From Dimorphilus gyrociliatus (Eukaryota; Animalia; Annelida), in the NCBI GenBank assembly GCA_904063045.1, contig CAJFCJ010000008.1, positions 1,540,097 to 1,604,096 on the forward strand: a DNA stretch of 64,000 nt. The letters run 5' to 3'. The notes beneath the pieces were generated by a model. It was not told the origin of the DNA and did no database searches. It saw nothing but the letters and a program-made list of their open reading frames with translations. Below are positions 62,903 to 64,000 of this stretch, in pieces (the first letter of the stretch is position 1; each line of letters starts with the position of its first letter). The translations under genes were made by a program, and so were the position numbers.

Positions 62903-64000
62903 GGGAGATTTCAACGACCCTTTTATTTTCAGCCTTTAACAACAGCGCCGTCTTTTTGTGCGTGATAAGATACAGGCGGATTAGGCTGACGTAACACAAC
63001 ACTAGCTAGCCGGGACTCTGTCTGTGCTGATGACTTTTAGCTAACAGATCAAAGAAATCGGTGATGGTAGCGTGTGCAGGCATGATTGGACATCAAACTA
63101 CCTTACGCTGCTTGATGTAACCGAGTCATACATTTTAGCATTTTAATTACGATGATTATATTATTTATCAAAGCTATTGATAGTTAACGGGATGGGGGCA
63201 CCTGCGAGTATTTTCACACGATACTTCAATTAAGGTAGACGCTTTGATTATTTTAGTTATGGTTAATGGAAAAGGTGCCCGCCCTTCCTCTTTGTCTACA
63301 AAGCTCTCTTTACTTATGTTAACATCATTTCTTCTTTCTTTTCTCTCGCTTTCCTTCAGTTTTCCTGTCTATTTTTTTTTCAAATCTCTTTTTCAATCCA
63401 TCACTAACCGAGGAATAGTTAAAACAGATTGTACGATTGCCTTGAGCGAATCCTCTTCCACGCTCAAATAAAAAAGAATGCTACAATTTTTAATTAGAAA
63501 CATAAGACGATAACTTCAGCGCAACCTTATTTCCCTTTTTTTACATAAGAAAGGGAAAGCGGTGAAATATTTGATCAAGATTTCTTAATTAGGCAATGAC
63601 GGCTTCCAAAGGTGAATATAAAAGAGTACTCAAACCAGACGTTTCATTTTTACACTACCTTTTCATGGCTAATAAGTTCTCTTAAAATAAGGTCGTTTTG
63701 TTAGAAGAAAGAGGAAGGAAGACGTTGACTCTAGATTAAACAAGTGAAGGAAAATTATAAGAATAGAAGAAAGTGAACCGTAGTTTACTTTGTATGCGAT
63801 AATATGCAAATTAAGCTATATTTAAAAAATTCACAAGGTTACAACTTTTGGTAGTCGCAAAGTCACCAAACATATCCCTATTGCATACTAAATAACTCTC
63901 TCTATATTTTTTCCCTTACGGGCTATTGCTCTCTGCCCCACTAGTGTATCTACAAACATTGTACAGTAGATACATAGAATTAACAAGGCAATATCCGTTT

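Noticed and set aside
1-64000. tRNA, rRNA or intact transposon
   Set aside because: I found no cloverleaf with A/B boxes, no rRNA-like segment, and no transposase or RT motifs or TIR/TSD pairs by eye. tRNAscan-SE, Infernal and RepeatModeler would be decisive.

Overview
AT-rich (about 30% GC by eye) eukaryotic genomic DNA from an invertebrate with very short GT-AG introns (mostly 40-90 nt). The gene content (SYT17, GPRIN, betaglycan-like, 7-repeat protocadherin) points to a spiralian; a compact-genome annelid such as Dimorphilus is my inference, not something shown. By manual splicing I reconstructed: a clan-2 cytochrome P450 (-), synaptotagmin-17 (+, start exon unresolved), an angiopoietin-like fibrinogen-domain protein (-), a GPRIN-family protein (+), a Shisa-like PY-motif membrane adaptor (-), an orphan ORF (+), a betaglycan/TGFBR3-like ZP protein (-), a divergent full-length laminin gamma chain (-) and the large first coding exon of a protocadherin (+). 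The best new candidate is a two-exon, 99-aa secreted prepropeptide at 11772-12159. The ORF track shows only its first exon read through into the intron. It predicts two C-x8-C peptides, the second amidated, and matches no family I recognise. Other notable signals are an over-represented CTCF-like GCGCCATCT motif clustered upstream of the protocadherin, a 52-bp element duplicated on either side of the protocadherin exon, and loss of the nidogen- and integrin-binding determinants in the laminin. I found no CRISPR array, tRNA, rRNA or intact transposon.
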